Assembly: GCA_002269645.1 (NCBI GenBank)
Contig: NIVC01002985.1
Span: 62,001-126,000, forward strand
Direction of reading: 5' to 3'
Length of the DNA: 64,000 bases
Source: Macrostomum lignano
Lineage: Eukaryota
In this document: positions 35,701 through 46,760 of the stretch, in pieces
How the letters are laid out: each line of letters begins with the position of its first letter
Numbering within the stretch: position 1 is the first letter of the stretch
Translations under genes and position numbers: made by a program
The notes under the pieces: generated by a model
Database searches by the model: none
Told to the model about the DNA's origin: nothing
Seen by the model: the letters and a program-made list of their open reading frames with translations, nothing else

Positions 35701-37280
35701 AAGTCGGCTTCTCCAAAGAAACCGACGCCTTTGAAGCAGCAACAGCCAGCTCAATCTGAGCAGAGCCAAGAGAAGCAGAAGCAAAAGCAAAAGAAAGCGC
35801 AACAACAATCAACCGATTCGACCAGCAATCTTGACGACGTTTTCAACAGCGTCATCGGCGGCGAGGGCGGCGACACCGAAGAGGACGAGTCGGCCCCAGA
35901 AGCGCCAAGCGGCGGTAAGAAGCGCAAAAAGCAGAAAGCGGCGCCCAGCGGCAGGAAGCGTCCGCGATCGTCGGGATCGCCTGCGGCGCCGGCTTCAACG
36001 GTGGCTAAACGGCCGCAGCTGATGGCACAGGAGCCGCTGTACTGCGTCTGTCAGCAGCCGTACGATCCGACTAAATTCTACATCGGCTGCGACAGATGCG
36101 ACAATTGGTACCACGGCAGGTGCGTCGGCCTCAGCGAAGACGAAGCCGCCCAACTTGACGGCTATCTGTGCCGGGCCTGTCGCGACAAGGAGGCCCGCGG
36201 CCCTGGTCGGAAATCCGCCGCCGGTGTTAGCGACCAGCCCGAGCTCTACTGCCTGTGCCGGACGCCGTACGACGCCACCAGAGTCTATCTGGCCTGCGAC
36301 GTGTGCGACGATTGGTTCCACGTTGAATGCGTTGGACTGTCCGAGGCTAAAGCTAAAGCGCTGGCCTCTTACACCTGCTCTAGTTGTCGGGGCAGTCGGA
36401 AGGCTAAAAGCAATCATCAGGTATGGTAGTATTAGAGGAACTTGCTGGAGGGATTTCTTAATGTCATTTCATTTTTGCAATGTCTCAATGGATTTTTTGG
36501 GGTGGGGTGACGCATACACTTCCTTCGGGTAATCCCCATAGATTTCTTTCGGGGAATCTCCGAAAGAATTACTCCGGGGAATCCCCATAGATTTTCTTCG
36601 GGAAATCCCCATTGATTGCCTTCAAGGACCCCATTGATTTTCTTCGGAGAATCCCTATAAATTTTCTTCCGGGAATTCCCATAGATTTCCTTCGGGGAAT
36701 CCCTCGATAGATTTCCTTCAGGGAATCCCCCAATAGATTTACTTCGGGGAATCCCCATAGATTGCCTTCAAGGAATTCCCCATAGATTTCCTTCAGGGAA
36801 TCCCTCCGAAAGATTTGCCTCAAGGAATATCTAATTTTGTGAAGCTTTCCTGTTATTAATCCGATGATTTCTTTGAAATTTTCCGCATTCATCTATAACA
36901 TATGCTTGATTCTAAACACCTTTTTTGAAACGCCCAATCCTCAGGTGGTGATCAACTCCAGCTTGCACGGCCAGCTGTTGGAGCTGCTACAGCGAGTGTG
37001 CAGCCGGCCCTCGGCCAGGATCTTTCTAAAGCCCGTGGACTCTCGCAAATATCGGGACTACCTAACCATTGTGTCTGAGCCCATGGACCTTGGCACGGTG
37101 CGTCAGAAACTGGTTAAAAAGCGCTACAAATCCTTGGGCAGCTTCATAGCGGATGTGGAGCTTATCTTCGCCAATTCGCGACTCTACAATCCCATTGTTA
37201 GCGACGAATTTCGCGACACCAAGGACCTCGAAGCCTTCTTTACAGCCGAGATTAAGGCGCTTAAAAATCAGATCGGTTAA
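20710..37280 (+). CDS. BPTF: BPTF / NURF301 (NURF complex largest subunit), ~1996 aa, 12 coding exons
   Basis: Exons: 20710-20740 (putative 31-nt first exon, less certain), 24411-24808, 25830-26114, 26566-27083, 28158-28662, 29766-30257, 30481-31584, 32084-32491, 33273-33544, 34150-34567, 35197-36420, 36945-37280. All junctions are GT-AG and phase-consistent (5991 nt). Domain order: DDT (VYETLRHFSSVLRL..EEFVAAL..LLAEIHICLLRALL), WHIM1 (YP..RVRVLRDLCD), PHD1 ([35 protein letters not shown]), WHIM (LGRDRAGRLYWF), the BPTF blocks VYRQSGEEFR..GDGWMWLS and WIKEKDLHLWEV, poly-Q, tandem PHDs with aromatic cage (YCVCQQPYD..WYH; YCLCRTPYD..WFH), and a C-terminal bromodomain (NSRLYN). Confidence 0.93.
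22600..22800. repeat. AT-rich dispersed repeat, homologous to 44395-44575; likely DNA-transposon end
   Basis: Shares the long block TGCAAGATTTCTGT..GATTAATGCTTATTAACAATTATC..TTTTCAGTTAACTTAA..AAATTAAGAGTTAA..CCATTAATGGAAGTTAA. This copy ends in GCCCAACACTG, whose reverse complement CAGTGTTGGGC is hAT-like. Confidence 0.6.
24890..25800. repeat. Degenerate CT-rich low-complexity array in BPTF intron 2
   Basis: TCTCATCTCTCACCACTCCCA-type units. Confidence 0.85.
26140..26535. repeat. 24-bp minisatellite (CGATTCTCAAGGGTATTTCATTCA) in BPTF intron 3
   Basis: Visible tandem units. Confidence 0.92.
27150..28050. repeat. 29-bp minisatellite (GATCTAGGGGTCAACTAAGGCTACGTGAT) in BPTF intron 4
   Basis: About 30 copies. 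Confidence 0.95.
28730..29752. repeat. Compound minisatellite in BPTF intron 5: a 28-bp unit (28730-28900) grading into a 44-bp AATAAA-containing unit (~19 copies)
   Basis: CTCCCAGATCCTCAGTTGCTGGGCTAGC, then CTCCCAGATCCTCGGCTGCTGAGTTTAGCTGATCAGTCAATAAA. Confidence 0.95.
31640..31930. repeat. 21-bp minisatellite (CTAATCCACTGTCTAAGAACG) in BPTF intron 7
   Basis: Visible tandem units. Confidence 0.88.
32550..33192. repeat. 33-bp minisatellite (CAGCTGTTCCCTCAGCTGCTTCAGTGCCATCTG) in BPTF intron 8
   Basis: About 19 copies. Source of the PSAAVPSAASV pseudo-ORF. Confidence 0.95.
33620..34085. repeat. 23-bp minisatellite (AAGGGAAATCCACCTATGACAAT) in BPTF intron 9
   Basis: About 20 copies. Confidence 0.93.
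34580..35085. repeat. 32/33-bp alternating minisatellite (GAATTCCCCTCGGTTTATTACCCATCA..) in BPTF intron 10
   Basis: Visible tandem units starting ~12 nt after the donor. Confidence 0.92.
36515..36830. repeat. ~23-bp degenerate minisatellite (GGGAATCCCCATAGATTTCCTTC) in BPTF intron 11
   Basis: Visible tandem units. Confidence 0.85.
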
Positions 37281-39159
37281 ATTATTATTGCTTTTTTCAA
37301 CTGGCTACTACTAGTGTAGTAGTATGATGCAACTGACGCGCATTTTTCTCTGCCGAACTATAAACGATGATGCAATTTTCGGTGCGCACTAATCATTAAT
37401 TTATTTTTTACTGCATGACTCAAACAGAAATCTGAGTACTCAATTTTATTTTTGTTTTAGTGTAGCCATAATTATTCGTGTTAACCATCAGCGTATGAAA
37501 CTTGCAACTAATAAGCATGTATATTTGATCTAATTTTTAACCGTTCGCTTTAGTAATATGTTATTATTGCCTTGTTTATCTGTGTGCAACGCGATAAATA
37601 TGAAGTATGATATATAAATATAATTCCATACTACTTTGCAGCTAAAACTGTACAGACTTGATCACTGTTTGCGTTGATTATCCCCACTGCATTATTAATA
37701 ATTACAGGTTAAAGAACTTCCGCATGCGCGCTTGTCTTTTTTATCTGAAAACCGACATTTTTCGGTTGTTTTAAGAAATCCTAACTTGAAATTGTGCAAA
37801 ATTACTGACTGCTACTTGTAGTACTTTTGTAAGTAAATAGTAACTATCAATCAGGCTGAGTCATATGCTACTTATTACGTCATTCATGTGTGTAGTAAAT
37901 TCCTTGTTTTTCATGCCTTGTTTCTTTCTTATCAGAATACATTAAAAAGAAAGAATTGCTGGCTATGTATTTGACAAGTAGTGTAACATAAAGTATAATA
38001 AAATTGGTCAACAAGCTTTTAACGAGAAAAAAATTAAACAAGGGGTCGGCAAACCCTTTCGGTCCTTTGAAACTTCGCAATAGTAATTGAGCCTGCTTAA
38101 TGCTTGTGCCTCCTATCATCTGTCATCTTCCAGCCGTGAGATAATATATTATGGTAAAAAGTTTGCCGATCCTTGATGTAGACTGTGGTACCGCCACGCG
38201 AAAGCTTAATTAATTAAACATAAATAATGACACAATTTTGAACCATAAATGGACCTTGAATGAATGAAGGGTTTTCGCGTACAGTTAGACACAGTTAAGA
38301 ACGCATTGATAATGAGTGCCTAATAAGTAATTAATTTTTAAAAAGCTGCTCGTAGCGGACGCTGTAAGTAGTCATGCCGGCATATGTTTAGTTGCATCTA
38401 TAAATGATAAAAACAATTCTGCAATAATTTGTACAAAAAAACCGACGCGTCGCGCAATATTTGTAATCGTTTCGGTAAAAGCTGGACAGGCATGTATGCA
38501 CATAAAAAGTACTTTTCACTAAGCGGCACTCAATACTGCTGAGACAATTTAAAGCGCAATCCCACTAGTAGTCTAGCAAGCTGTTTACAAATTTTTAAAT
38601 CGAGTCGATTCAAATTCAAACAAAATGTTCTCTGCAGCCTACTGATAGTAGCCACTTACGAGTAGTTCACTGGAAACAAATTTATTGCATTATGAAAGAA
38701 TGAAATGGCTAAAAAAACACTTGAACGCGATTGCCAGAATTCTATAAATACGCTATTTGATGTCGCAAAAATTAATGCGTGTGTTAAAATACACTGTAGA
38801 CAACACTAACTAGACAATAGAATTCATGATTATTCTAAATACACAAGCTTTAGACAACAGAAAATCAAAAAACCTATGGCATATTTGAACACATTAAAAC
38901 ATTCGATATTTATAAAATTACACACTGCTTAACTGCAATATTCAAGCATTTTAACACGATCGATTTGAGTTCTAGGCCAATTTTCCCACTTATACTACTA
39001 AAAGTAAAACGGACAATAAAACAACGCTTTGCTGTAGCAGACTTTTTTCACTCATTTCAATGATAATTACAGCAGATTCAACCGCATCGCATATAACAAT
39101 GAATTGCAACTGATAAATCCACAAGTCAGTAATCCACTCCGCCTCTTAAACCCCAAGTC

Positions 39160-42100
39160 TCAGCTGGAGTCCGATTCGCTACCGCTTGAGTCGCTACCGC
39201 TTGACGAGTAGTCCGAGCTTGATGAGCTGCTGGACTCGCTGACTACTGCAATATTTGGGGGGGGAGTCCGGTATGGTTTATTAAATTTATGCCAGATCGC
39301 ATTAAATTGGATTCAAGATCCCATCATTCAAGATCATATCATTCAAGATCCCATTATTCAAGATCCCATCATTCAAGATCCCATTATTCAAGATCCCATC
39401 ATTCAAGATCCCATTATTCAAGATCATATCATTCAAGATCCCATTATTCAAGATCCCATCATTCAAGATCCCATCATTCAAGATCCCATCATTCAAGATC
39501 CCATTGTAACTGATCGATACAGCAATACCAATATCAGCAACAGCACTGACCCCTCTTGCACGGTACGCGCCGACCAACTGGCGGATGAGTGACCGGCTTG
39601 TGAGCCGGCTGCGGGGGCGGCGGCTGCTGCTGCGCCTGCGCAGGCGGTTGCGGCGGCTGCTGCTGCGCCTGCGCAGGTGGTTGCGGCGGCTGCTGCGGTG
39701 GCGCCTGCGGAGGCTGCAGCGCCTGCTGCTGCACAGACTTGACGTACCGCTCCAATTCGCGCAGGGTGGCGTGCTGCAGAGTCTCAAAGTCGATTTCAAT
39801 CTCGTCTGGATTGGAGTCGCGCAGTGTCGGCTCCCTCTGCTGGATGATCTGCACTACGCGGCCGAGTCGGTCGCCAGGCAGGTTGTTGATGTCCACAGAC
39901 AGCTGCCGCTTCTCGTCGTAGGTCATCGGCAGGACCACCTCCTGCTGCTCGGCTGTTGAAGCCGGCCAGGATTGGCCCGAAGCCGCCGCAGCAGCAGCAG
40001 CCACCGCTGGCTTCCTGCCTCGCTTAGCACCGCCGCCGTTGCCATTATTGAGGCCGCCGTCTGCTGACTTCTTTGTCCGCTTAACCTTTGCTGCCGGCGC
40101 CGGCGACACAGTTACCGAATTTGCTGTCGTTGTTGTCATCATCGAGGCCTGCGACTGCGAATTGCTTGACACCGCCGACGGCTGCTGCTGGGACTGCGGA
40201 GGCGGCGGCTGCGGCACCCCAGCCGTGGTTTGCCTTCGACGGCGTTGCTTTTTCACTGCCGCAGGCTGCTGCTGGGACAGGCCGCTCAGCACTCCGCCAG
40301 CGGCAGCCGATGCTGCCGACTGCGACGCTGGCGACGGGGGCACGTAGAACTGGCGGGCCGATAGGACTGAGCGGATATCGTCTACGCAGGACTTCATCTG
40401 GAATGAGGGGTGGGAGTTGTGGCTCTGAAATCGGACGGCTTGAGGCCGAGACAGATGGTTGGGAGGCTGGCCCAGCAACTGAGGATCTGGGAGGCTGGCC
40501 CAGCAACTGAGGATCTGGGAGGCTGGCCCAGCAACTGAGGATCTGGGAGGCTGGCCCAGCAACTGAGGATCTGGGAGGCTGGCCCAGCAACTGAGGATCT
40601 GGGAGGCTGGCCCAGCAACTGAGGATCTGGGAGGTTGGTGGCACAGCAACTGAGGATCTGGGAGGCTGGCCCAGCAACTGAGGATCTGGGAGGTTGGTGG
40701 CACAACAACTGAGGATCTGGGAGGCTGGCCCAGCAACTGGGGATCTGGGAGGCTGGCCCAGCAACCGAGGATCTGGGAGGCTGGCCCAGCAACTGGGGAT
40801 CTGGGAGGTTGGTGGCACAACAACTGAGGATCTGGGAGGCTGGCCCAGCAACTGGGGATCCAACAGACCGCAGGTCAAACCTGAGCAAACAGGTCCTCAA
40901 CTCGCATGGACAGCTCGCGGACCCTCGCCATGTCAGCTGGCGAGGCAGCAAGGGTGGCTGGCGAAGGCGGCACCGCTGGAGTCGGTGGCAGCTTTGCGGG
41001 CACCTGCGGCTGCTGCTGCAGTTTTGGTTGCTGCTTGACCTGTGTCTGTTGCTTCTGCTGCACTCCGGAGCACATTTTAGGAAAATGCTCATTAAAATAT
41101 TTGAGCAACTCCTTGCCCAGCCGGTGCACCTCAGACTGAGACGGGTTGTACTTGAAGCAGTTGTCCAGCATCAGTCGAAAGTCCGAGGCGAACTGCTCAG
41201 GCTCTGAGTAGCTACCGGACTCCAACTTTTTCCGCATAGTGGACAAGTCCATAGGATGGCTGACAATGTCCAAGTAGTCTGTCAGGCCAAGGCCCACAAC
41301 GTCTACGGGCTCCAGGAAGGGCCAGCTGATGGCCTGCGTTTTGGAAAATAGCGAGTAATTTTCTTACTTGTTACTTTAAGTAGCCGCAAAGCGCTTAATA
41401 AATATAAACCAGAGCGATGTTTATTATAATAATTTAGTATTCATGTAGAATTGTAGGGCGATCATATTAGTAGGCAATTTAAATTGGTTCCTTAAATCAA
41501 TCTCAAACCTGAATTATAGAAGTCCCTTATTATTCAAAACCCTAATTATCCCAAACCTTATTTATCCCAAACCCTAACTATCCCAACCACAATTACTCCA
41601 AACCCTGATTATCCTAATTGTAGTTATCACAAACCCTGATTATCCCAATTGTAGTTATCCCAAACCCTAATTATTCCAATCTGAAATTATCCTAAGCCAT
41701 GATTATCCAAAACCCTAATTTTCCCAAACACTTTACACTTAGCCAGACATAGGAAAAGCGCAAGGCCGTGTCAAAGTTTGTGGCAAGCATCCACCGTTCA
41801 TGTCAAAGTTTCCTTGCTCTTTAGGAACTGAACAATAAAAAATACGAAATACAAACGTGCTTTGGGATAATTCTGGTTTATGATAATTAGCGTTTAGGAT
41901 CATTGGGGTTGGCATAATTGGGGGTTGGGATAATAAGGGTTTGGGATAATCGGTATTGGGATAACTAGGGTTTGGGATAATCGGGATTGGGATAACTAGG
42001 GTTTGGGATAGTTGGGGTTGGGATAATAAGGGTTTGGGATAATCGGGATTGGGATAACTAGGGTTTGATATAATCGGGATTGGGATAACTACGGTTTGGG

Positions 42101-42944
42101 ATAATTTGTTAGGAGCTTTTTGTTAGGGTCGGCAGATAAATAACCGGCAATAAAGCCAGCCTTATAAATTTTTTTCTTCAGAAAATGAGTTGCCAATCTT
42201 AAGTACGTACTGTACTTTCGTGCAGTCCTGATGGCTTACCTGCAATTTAACTGTAGTCAACTCTTTCAACAGCTGGGCGCATGGGCGCATTCGCTCAGGC
42301 AAATTGGCGCTTAGCAGTGACGCGGCGCTGACGCCGCTAACGCCATTTGTTGAAGCCAACGACGCAGGCGACGGCGTCGGCGGCGGCGTCAGCTTGGGCT
42401 TCTTGATCGCCTGTATCGATGACAGGCCAGACATGGAGGTCGCTGTACCGCCAAGTGACACGGCCTTGCGCTTCACAACAGCCGAGTGCTGATCGTGCAC
42501 TCGGTGGTGGTGACCGCTAGACGTGCCGCTATGGATCTCCAGCTCATTAGCCGGGCAATGGCGCATTTTATCGCGAAACACGGCCTCAACAGCTTCAGCC
42601 ATCAGAACCACATCTTCTCCTGGCCTGTTAAATATGAAGCAGTTTAGAAAGATGCTATTGATATCGTCTATGCAGTCTTGGCCGCGTTGGTAGAACTTGC
42701 CGCTATTCAATCGATTTTTAACCGTCCCCAGATCCATGGGCTTCAGCACTATCCTGGGATAGTCTGGTATGCCCAGCTTCACCGGATCAACCGGAGTCTT
42801 GAATGGCCAAGAATTTGGCAGCTTCATCAGTGCTGGCAGGGCGATTCGTTTGATGTAATCCAACCTGTTGCTCCAGTACCGACGCTTGGGCGGAGGTGGC
42901 GGTGCCAGCTGCTGTGCCTGCAACTCTGAACTCTGCTGCTGCAT
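39160..42944 (-). CDS. BRD2/3/4: BET-family double-bromodomain protein (BRD2/3/4/T, fs(1)h orthologue), short form, ~696 aa, 4 coding exons
   Basis: Exons: 42944-42240, 41333-40881, 40397-39551, 39245-39160 (2091 nt, phase-consistent). BD1 is [48 protein letters not shown]2 is [30 protein letters not shown]. These are followed by a coiled-coil motif B, the ET domain [43 protein letters not shown] and a Ser/Asp/Glu SEED tail. The last donor (GTCAGT at 39550) is less certain. Confidence 0.93.
39312..39505. repeat. 15-bp minisatellite (ATTCAAGATCCCATC) in BET intron 3
   Basis: About 13 copies. Confidence 0.93.
40455..40860. repeat. 28-bp minisatellite (GGGAGGCTGGCCCAGCAACTGAGGATCT) in BET intron 2
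   Basis: About 14 copies. Its reverse complement matches the unit at 28730-28900. Confidence 0.95.
41530..42110. mobile_element. Foldback-like element with internally repetitive inverted arms in BET intron 1
   Basis: The left arm (41530-41730) is made of AAACCCTRATTATCCC units and the right arm (41865-42110) of GGGATAAY..GGGTTT units, the reverse complement. A ~135-nt spacer separates them. Exact termini and TSD were not resolved. Confidence 0.6.
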
Positions 42945-43155
42945 GCTTCTCCTTGCTAAACAGTTGAGAAACTGTTTGACTCAAAACAAATTATTTTGAG
43001 TCTTCTCTGTATTGTGCAGATAGAATTTTGAATGTGTTAAAATGCTCAGTTGGGTCAAGTTAATGCGAGTTGTTTGAATAATGCTGAAAAATCAAATATA
43101 AAGATATGGGTTAAGGAAATTAATGTAATTGTCTTCTAATTAGGCTATTAGATAG

Positions 43156-43721
43156 CCCCATAGGAAAAAGTTGTAAAACCGCGGACAGTGTCCGGTGCAC
43201 TTTTGGAATTTTTCTAAAGCGCAGCGCGCGCACAGGCGCAGCGCCTGCGCGCGCGCTGCCCTTTCTTACTGGCTGCTGCTTTAGCAAATACATATATATG
43301 GAAATGGGTATAATACCTCTGTGGAAGGGGCTTATAAACTTGTAATTTATTAAGCTTAGAGATGTTCCAAAAATTCAATTTCAATTTTCCAAAATTTGAA
43401 ATTTTTTAGAGCAAATTTCAATTTTGAAAAAAATTTAGAAGTAAAAATTTTGGTAGTGTCTAAAAAGTCACTAAAAATAAACTAATTTCTACTACATATA
43501 TACATGTATTACTTTTTGCTTAAGCAGAAAAAGTGAGTGTTGATCATACTAAACTTTATTTTTCTGAATTATGATTTTGGGAAATTTCAATTTTGATTTT
43601 GGAAAGTTAGCGAATTTTGTTTTCTTTCAGAACATCTCTAATAATCCTAAAGCGCGGTAAAATAGTTTGACTCTTTTCTAAAGCACGCGTCCGCGGGTTT
43701 TCAACATTTATTCCAATAGGG
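43156..43721. mobile_element. Non-autonomous DNA transposon (566 bp) with 8-bp TSD, containing a nested ~284-bp MITE
   Basis: TTAGATAG flanks both ends (43148-43155; 43722-43729). Imperfect ~30-bp TIRs: CCCCATAGGAAAAAGTTGTAAAACCGCGGAC vs CCCTATTGGAATAAATGTTGAAAACCCGCGGAC. The inner element at 43357-43640 has TAGAGATGTTC/GAACATCTCTA ends. Confidence 0.7.
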
Positions 43722-44849
43722 TTAGATAGTATAGATACTTGATGGCATTGGTAACTTCTCATAGCATAGAAAAATGCTAAAGTGTTAATCTGTTAATAAG
43801 CGTTAATAAGTGTTAAGATTTTTCTTTACTGTTAATATACTGCCATTAAGATTTCTTTGCACAATCGTAACAGATTAACGAATTTGTGTTAATAACTTTG
43901 TGAGTTAATGACAAATTATCATTAATGTTAATAAAATGTAATAATGTTAATGACCAATGAGTTTGACAAGAAGTTACAACATTATGAATGAATTTGAATT
44001 TACACTAATGTCTAAATAATCTCATTGTTTATGATGATCATCATGGAATTGTAAAAACTTCTTTACTAATGAACTTTAATATTGAATTAAAATTGTGAAC
44101 TTTATTGCTTGCATGTGAGCATCAATTGCTTTGATTCACTTCTTTCATAATATTTTGTAACTTTCTGCTACACCTGCTAATGCTACTGTAACAACCTTCC
44201 CATTCATATTTTATCATTAATCAACTAGCTTTCAAGTTTCAAGTAAAAAAGTTACTTTTTACCATATGCTTACTTTTAGTAGTAGTATTATTATAGATAC
44301 AAGTTTTTACAATTATTATATATTACTTTTTTGCTTGTAAATTGCTTGGATGACCTCTGTGTTTCACTAAAAAGATGGAAAAGCAAAGACAGTGCATTAT
44401 GAAGTTTGCTTTGAAAAAAATGCAAGATTTCTGTATTTTCTATGTTAACTTTAACAGATTAATGCTTATTAACAATTATCAGTTCATTTTCAGTTAACTT
44501 AATGAAATTAAGAGTTAATAAGTTAAGATTTTTTTGTAATACACTAATGCTTTTTCCATTAATGGAAGTTAAGCTTACATTTGAAAACATATTTGGATAT
44601 TTAGATTTAGATTCAGAAATTTGCAAAAAATCCATATTTGGTTCATCTTGGTTCACTAGAGTTAGAATATATAAAAGTATGAGGCCAACTCTTCCATTGG
44701 TGGAGTAAAGGGATAAAAACTCCCATTACCAGAATTTCATTCTGTGAAATCCATCAGCTGAATCCATGACCCAAGTTCCATTAAATTCTCTCAAATCCTC
44801 TATAAAACCTCTCAAATACCATATTTTGTTTTCCCTGTTTGCAAAAACT

Positions 44850-45520
44850 GATTGTATATATCATCAAGACTAAGACTCTCTCTTGTCTTCTGTCTCTTCT
44901 TTGCTTTTTTCTCTCATCTTAATTCTCTTATCTATCATTTCTTCTCTCTGCACTCTCATATCTACTCTCTTCTTTTCTCTCTTCTATCTCATTTCTCTAC
45001 TCTTCTCTTTCCTCTTTTTTTCTCCTTTTCCTCTCTCCCCCTTCTTTCCTCTTGTCTCTTCTCTTATATCTCTCTTCCACTCTCACCTTTCTCCTCTTTC
45101 TCTTCTTCCCTTGCTTCTATCTTTTTCTCTTCTTTTCTCTCCCCTTTCCTTTTGTCTCTTTCCTCTTTCCTGTTCTCTCCTATTTATCTTTTTCTCTCTT
45201 ATCTTACATCTCTACTCTTATATCTTTTTTCTCTTCTACTTTGACCTCTCTTTATTCTTTTCTCTCTCTTTTCTGCTCTTATGTCTCATATGTATATTGT
45301 CTCTATTCTTTCTTTTTTCATCACTCATCTTTACTTTCTCCTCTCTACCATCTCTTGTCTCCTCTCTACTCTCTTCTCTTCTTTCTCCCTCTTCATTTCT
45401 GCCTCACTCCCTTTTCTCTCCCCTCTTTTATCTTTAATATTTCCTCTCTCATATCTACTCTCTTTTCTATTATCTCTCTTATCATCTCCTTTCTTTCTTT
45501 TCTTTACTCTCTTATCTGAC
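44850..45520. repeat. CT-rich low-complexity tract
   Basis: Almost exclusively C/T. Source of the Leu/Ser/Phe pseudo-ORFs. Confidence 0.9.
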
Positions 45521-46760
45521 TGATTAAAGGCACCAATAATAAAACCAATTGACAAAAATATTACAAAAATTAGACCTGGGATAGTTAGGGACAATTAGGG
45601 ACTATTATATAAACTTAAGCTTATAAGGTAGAATCCTTAATTGTCCCCTTGTTTGTTCTTTTTATCATAGATCATTTTTAGTATTTTTTAACAAACTTAG
45701 CTTCCTAGTGTCACTGTGAGCCTGGCTGGCTAGCTGATCTACTTAGCTATAGATATAAGATAATAAACTAGGCTTTATACTTATACTTAATTTAGGGCTA
45801 ATATTATAACAATTTATTTAAATATAGGGCCTAGCAATTGATAGATGTCTTAAAAACCTAAAAATATAGTACTAATTTAAGGCAAGCTAGATACTGTTTA
45901 GGAGTTCTAAGTATATATTATCTTTTTTATAAATATATTTAATAAGTATTTAAAGCTATGAATCTGATTCTTTAAGATTTAATTAATATTTTAGCTAATC
46001 AATTTTGAAATATGTATAGGGCTTAATCTATATAAAAAGGCCTAGTCTAAAAGACTAGGGCCTAGACTTTTGCAACTTTTGTTAGGCCTAGGCCTACTTA
46101 CTCTAGGCCTTGTCTAGTCAAAGACAGGAAGCTTAATATTATAAGTTGAAATATGCTTTGATCTTAAAGTTAAATTTAATGCTTAAATTATATTTGCCCT
46201 AGCCCTAGGCCCTACTCTACTAAACTAAGTTTAACCAATAGCTAGGCCCTACTAGGCATATGCCGCATAATCCTGCATATTAGGGCCTATTATTACTATA
46301 TTAGTTAGTTCTAACTAGTAAATATGGCATAGGCCCCGCCCCCCTATGTAACACCTAGGGGCCTAGCTACTGGTTAAACTAGACCCTTAGGCTTAGCCTA
46401 GCTATTTATAATATTCGACTAGGGCCTAAGCTATCTTTTATTGACAAGGCTACATAGGCCTAGTTATAGGCTACTTGTTATAGGCTAGGGCCTACCTAGT
46501 TTTTGAGCAGTTGCTTGAAGAAAAAATAAATCCATTTTTGTTTAAAATCAATTTACTTAGACTTAGAGATAAGCCTAAGGCCTAGTGGGTCTTTGGTCTA
46601 GGGCCTACTAAGTAGGGCCTATGCTTTACTTTTTAACATAGGGCTTAATTAGGCCTAGCAAAGAAGTATAATAATGTTGCAATTACTTTCAACGAAAAGT
46701 AAACAAATAGCAAACTTTTACACATATGCCCTAGTAGCCTAACTGAAACTGGGAAATTCG

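Noticed and set aside
38039-38175. Possible 137-bp hAT-like mini-element (CAAGGGGTCGGCAAAC / GTTTGCCGATCCTTG)
   Set aside because: The TIRs are imperfect and there is no matching 8-bp TSD, so it is at best an old remnant.
39534-41207. Multiple overlapping ORFs on both strands over the BET and BPTF exons (also 29700-36532 and 52016-53823)
   Set aside because: They are antisense or alternative-frame shadows of GC-rich, Gln/Ala/Pro-rich coding exons, or read-through into intronic repeats.
41530-42110. Interstitial telomeric repeat
   Set aside because: CCCTAA occurs only sporadically inside 15-16-bp units, with no (TTAGGG)n run. It is better explained as a foldback element.
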